A DNA stretch of 28,361 nt from the IMG/VR virus record IMGVR_UViG_2698536339_000017. One strand, given 5' to 3'. This DNA comes from a virus (taxonomy: Duplodnaviria; Heunggongvirae; Uroviricota; Caudoviricetes). The notes beneath the pieces are model-generated. The model did not search any database. It saw nothing but the letters and a program-made list of their open reading frames with translations, and was not told the DNA's origin. Within the stretch, counting starts at the first letter, position 1. The number at the start of each line of letters is the position of its first letter. Below are positions 25,742-28,361 of the stretch, in pieces. The position numbers and the translations under genes were made by a program.

Positions 25742-27427
25742 TTATCCTAATCCAGGCCATACCATGACGATGATTGTCCCTGCCAGCGTCAGCAGGACGT
25801 TGGCGATTGCGTAGGTGCCCGCATAGCCCAGCGCAGGGATGTTACTGCGAGCTGTATCACTGATGATCTCCATTGCCGGCGCGCAGGTGCGTGCGCCCAT
25901 CATTGCGCCGAACAACAGTGCGCGGTTCATTCGCAATACATAAGCACCGAACAAGAAACAGATAACCACGGGCACAAGACTGACAATTAATCCGGCAATC
26001 AACATCTGACCGCCAATCGCGCCCAGGCCGTTATTAATACCGCTACCGGCGCTCAGACCAACGCCTGCCATAAACACCATCAAGCCGAACTCTTTCACCA
26101 TGCTTAATGCACCTTGCGGAATGTAACCGAAGGTCGGGTGGTTAGCACGCATAAAGCCCAGCATAATTCCGGCGAATAACAACCCGGCAGCGTTCCCCAT
26201 GCCGAAACTGAATGTGCTGAACTGGAAGGTGATCATCCCGATCATCAGCCCAATAACAAAGAAGGCGCAAAATGCCAGCAGGTCAGTGACCTGGCTGTGA
26301 ATCGAGATAAAGCCGATGCGATCGGCGATGGTTTTTACGCGACGGGCATCACCGCTGACTTGTAAAACGTCACCTTTGTTAAGCACGACGTTGTCATCTA
26401 TCGGCATCTCAATCTGGCTACGAATGACGCGGTTAAGGAAGCAACCGTGATCGGTCAACTTCAGTTGTGCGAGACGTTTACCTACAGCGTTATGGTTTTT
26501 AACGACCACTTCTTCAGTGACGATACGCATGTCGAGAAGGTCACGATCGAAAACTTCTTTACCGTTACGGAAGCTGGGATCGAGTCGGGCATGGGCGTCG
26601 GGATAGCCTACCAACGCTATTTCATCGCCCATTTGTAGCACGGCATCACCGTCTGGATTTGCAAGAATCCCGTTACGTCGAATACGTTCAATGTAGCAGC
26701 CGGTTTGTCGATAAATACCCAGTTCACGCAGATTTTTGCCGTCGGTCCAGGCCACGAGCTCCGGGCCGACGCGATAGGCGCGGATCACCGGTAAATAAAC
26801 CTTACGGTTGGCATCAGTGTCCAGGCCACGTTCGCGGGCGATTTGCTGGGCGCTGGTCTGTAAGTCCTGATGCTGCAATTTCGGCAAGTAACGCGCACCA
26901 ACAATCAAACTCACCAGACCGATTAAATAGGTTAAGGCATACCCGAGGCTCAGATTATCCAGTGCCAGTGAGAGCTGCCTGCTTTCCATGCCGGAATGAC
27001 GCAGTGTATCGCCAGCACCGACCAGAACCGGTGTCGACGTCATAGAGCCTGCTAACATACCGGCCGTCAGGCCAATATCCCAGCCAAACAGCTTACCTAA
27101 CCCTAAGGCGATCACCAGCGCACTGCCAACCATCACCAGTGCTAACATTAGGTAATTTTTCCCATCGCGAAAAAAAATGGAAAAAAAGTTCGGTCCGGCT
27201 TCGACCCCGACGCAGAAAATAAACAGCATAAAGCCAAGATTAAGCGCATCGGTGTTAATGCTGAAATGTTGTTGGCCTAATAACAGCGATACGACTAAAA
27301 CGCCAATGGAATTACCCAGTTGGATCGAACCAAGTCGTAACTTTCCGAGACATAGCCCAAGCGCGAGGACCACAAATAATAACAGAATGTAATTCCCATT
27401 TAACAATTCGGCGACGTTTATATTCAC
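25742..27427 (-). CDS. ybjL: Putative transporter YbjL (AAE-family, two TrkA-C domains)
   Basis: 561 aa multi-TM protein recognised as E. coli YbjL. Normal host codon usage. Confidence 0.85.
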
Positions 27428-27696
27428 GGAGGCTAACTTCTTGTTTACTAGTAAGCTGTTGAAAGAAATGGTAATTTACGATAATGTTTTTTACCAGAAT
27501 TCAGGGCGCAGATTCATTCAGCGCACCTAAACGATAGTAAAGTAACAATATATTTTACTAGTGTAATCACATTAGGTATCAACGGCTATATGAATTGCGT
27601 TGGCCTATATTAGCATGGAATGCGAAGCGGCTTTATCTTACTGAACGCCACACTGGCGAAAAATGTGTTCGATAGACGCAGTGTCAGGAGGAACGA

Positions 27697-28074
27697 GTGA
27701 AACATAAACAACGTTGGGCGGGGGCAATCTGCTGTTTTGTCCTCTTCATTGTGGTGTGCCTTTTTCTGGCGACGCACATGAAAGGCGCTTTTCGGGCTGC
27801 CGGGCATCCTGAAATCGGCTTGCTATTTTTCATTCTTCCTGGAGCAGTCGCCAGCTTCTTTTCACAGCGTAGAGAAGTCCTGAAACCTCTGTTTGGCGCA
27901 ATGCTGGCGGCACCCTGTTCGATGCTCATTATGCGGCTGTTTTTTTCACCGACGCGCTCATTCTGGCAAGAGCTGGCATGGTTACTAAGCGCGGTGTTCT
28001 GGTGTGCGCTGGGGGCACTGTGTTTCTTATTTATCAGTAGTTTGTTTAAACCACAGCACAGAAAAAATCAGTAA
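27697..28074 (+). CDS. ybjM: Inner membrane protein YbjM
   Basis: 125 aa hydrophobic protein, GTG start with AGGAGG RBS; recognised as YbjM by sequence and by position between ybjL and grxA. Confidence 0.8.
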   Translation: MKHKQRWAGAICCFVLFIVVCLFLATHMKGAFRAAGHPEIGLLFFILPGAVASFFSQRREVLKPLFGAMLAAPCSMLIMRLFFSPTRSFWQELAWLLSAVFWCALGALCFLFISSLFKPQHRKNQ

Positions 28075-28094
28075 AGCCCTCAACGCGAGGGCTT
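28074..28094. terminator. Bidirectional intrinsic terminator between convergent ybjM and grxA
   Basis: AAGCCCTC-aacgc-GAGGGCTT hairpin; U-rich tract on the minus strand side (TTTACTGATTTTTT). Confidence 0.5.
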
Positions 28095-28103
28095 GTCAGA
28101 CGA

Positions 28104-28361
28104 TCAGGCGTCCAGATTTTCTTTCACCCATGCAGCAAAATCGGTATAGCCGCCGATATGTTGCTGATCGACAAAAATCTGCGGCACGGTTTCTACGGGT
28201 TTACCTGCCTTTTGTTGTAGATCTTCTTTAGTGATCCCTTCCGCACGAATATCTACATACTGATACTGAAAATCATCGCGTTCATTGCTCAATTTCTCAG
28301 CCAGATCTTTTGCACGCACACAGTAAGGGCAACCCGAACGACCAAAAATAACGGTTTGCAT
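28104..28361 (-). CDS. grxA: Glutaredoxin 1
   Basis: 85 aa, MQTVIFGRSGCPYCVRAKDLAEKL... with CPYC active site. Start codon is the last three bases of the window. Confidence 0.9.
   Translation of the reverse strand: MQTVIFGRSGCPYCVRAKDLAEKLSNERDDFQYQYVDIRAEGITKEDLQQKAGKPVETVPQIFVDQQHIGGYTDFAAWVKENLDA

Noticed and set aside
1-28361. CRISPR arrays, tRNA or rRNA genes
   Set aside because: No regular repeat-spacer periodicity and no cloverleaf-like tRNA candidates were noticed by eye, including at the prophage-host junction. A tRNA scan was not run.

Overview
The window is the late (structural/lysis) arm of a P2-like (Peduovirus-type) prophage, about 25.5 kb, ending beside the enterobacterial host genes ybjL-ybjM-grxA (25.7-28.4 kb). 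All calls rest on reading the supplied ORF translations and the DNA by eye; no database search or alignment was run, and motif comparisons to P2/186/Mu/Hin are from memory. Recognisable P2 homologues are present for tail fibre H plus assembly protein, baseplate I/J/W/V, tail completion R/S, a lysis cassette, head genes L/M/N/O, terminase P, portal Q, tail sheath/tube FI/FII, E with an E+E' frameshift, tape measure T, U, D and ogr. Four things stand out. (1) An AT-rich, apparently horizontally acquired module begins inside the 3' end of portal gene Q and carries an overlapping two-gene operon: a ComF-like phosphoribosyltransferase followed by a DprA/Smf-like Rossmann protein. This is the strongest candidate for an anti-phage defence cargo, and it appears to sit between a cos-like GC island and the portal gene. 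(2) There is a Gin/Hin-type invertible tail-fibre system with three crossover sites sharing the 12-bp half-site TTCTCCCAAACC. The window begins exactly inside one of them. (3) The Gin-like invertase and its own site lie 15.7 kb from the tail-fibre cassettes. The whole Q-to-H block (with cos and the cargo) is inverted relative to canonical P2 gene order and is bracketed by inverted half-sites, which suggests a 17.5-kb inversion isomer or an assembly break at an actively inverting site. (4) A 5'-truncated IS3 copy lies between the cargo and the invertase; its right end cuts off a very acidic small ORF, and its truncation point is 2 bp from the invertase site.
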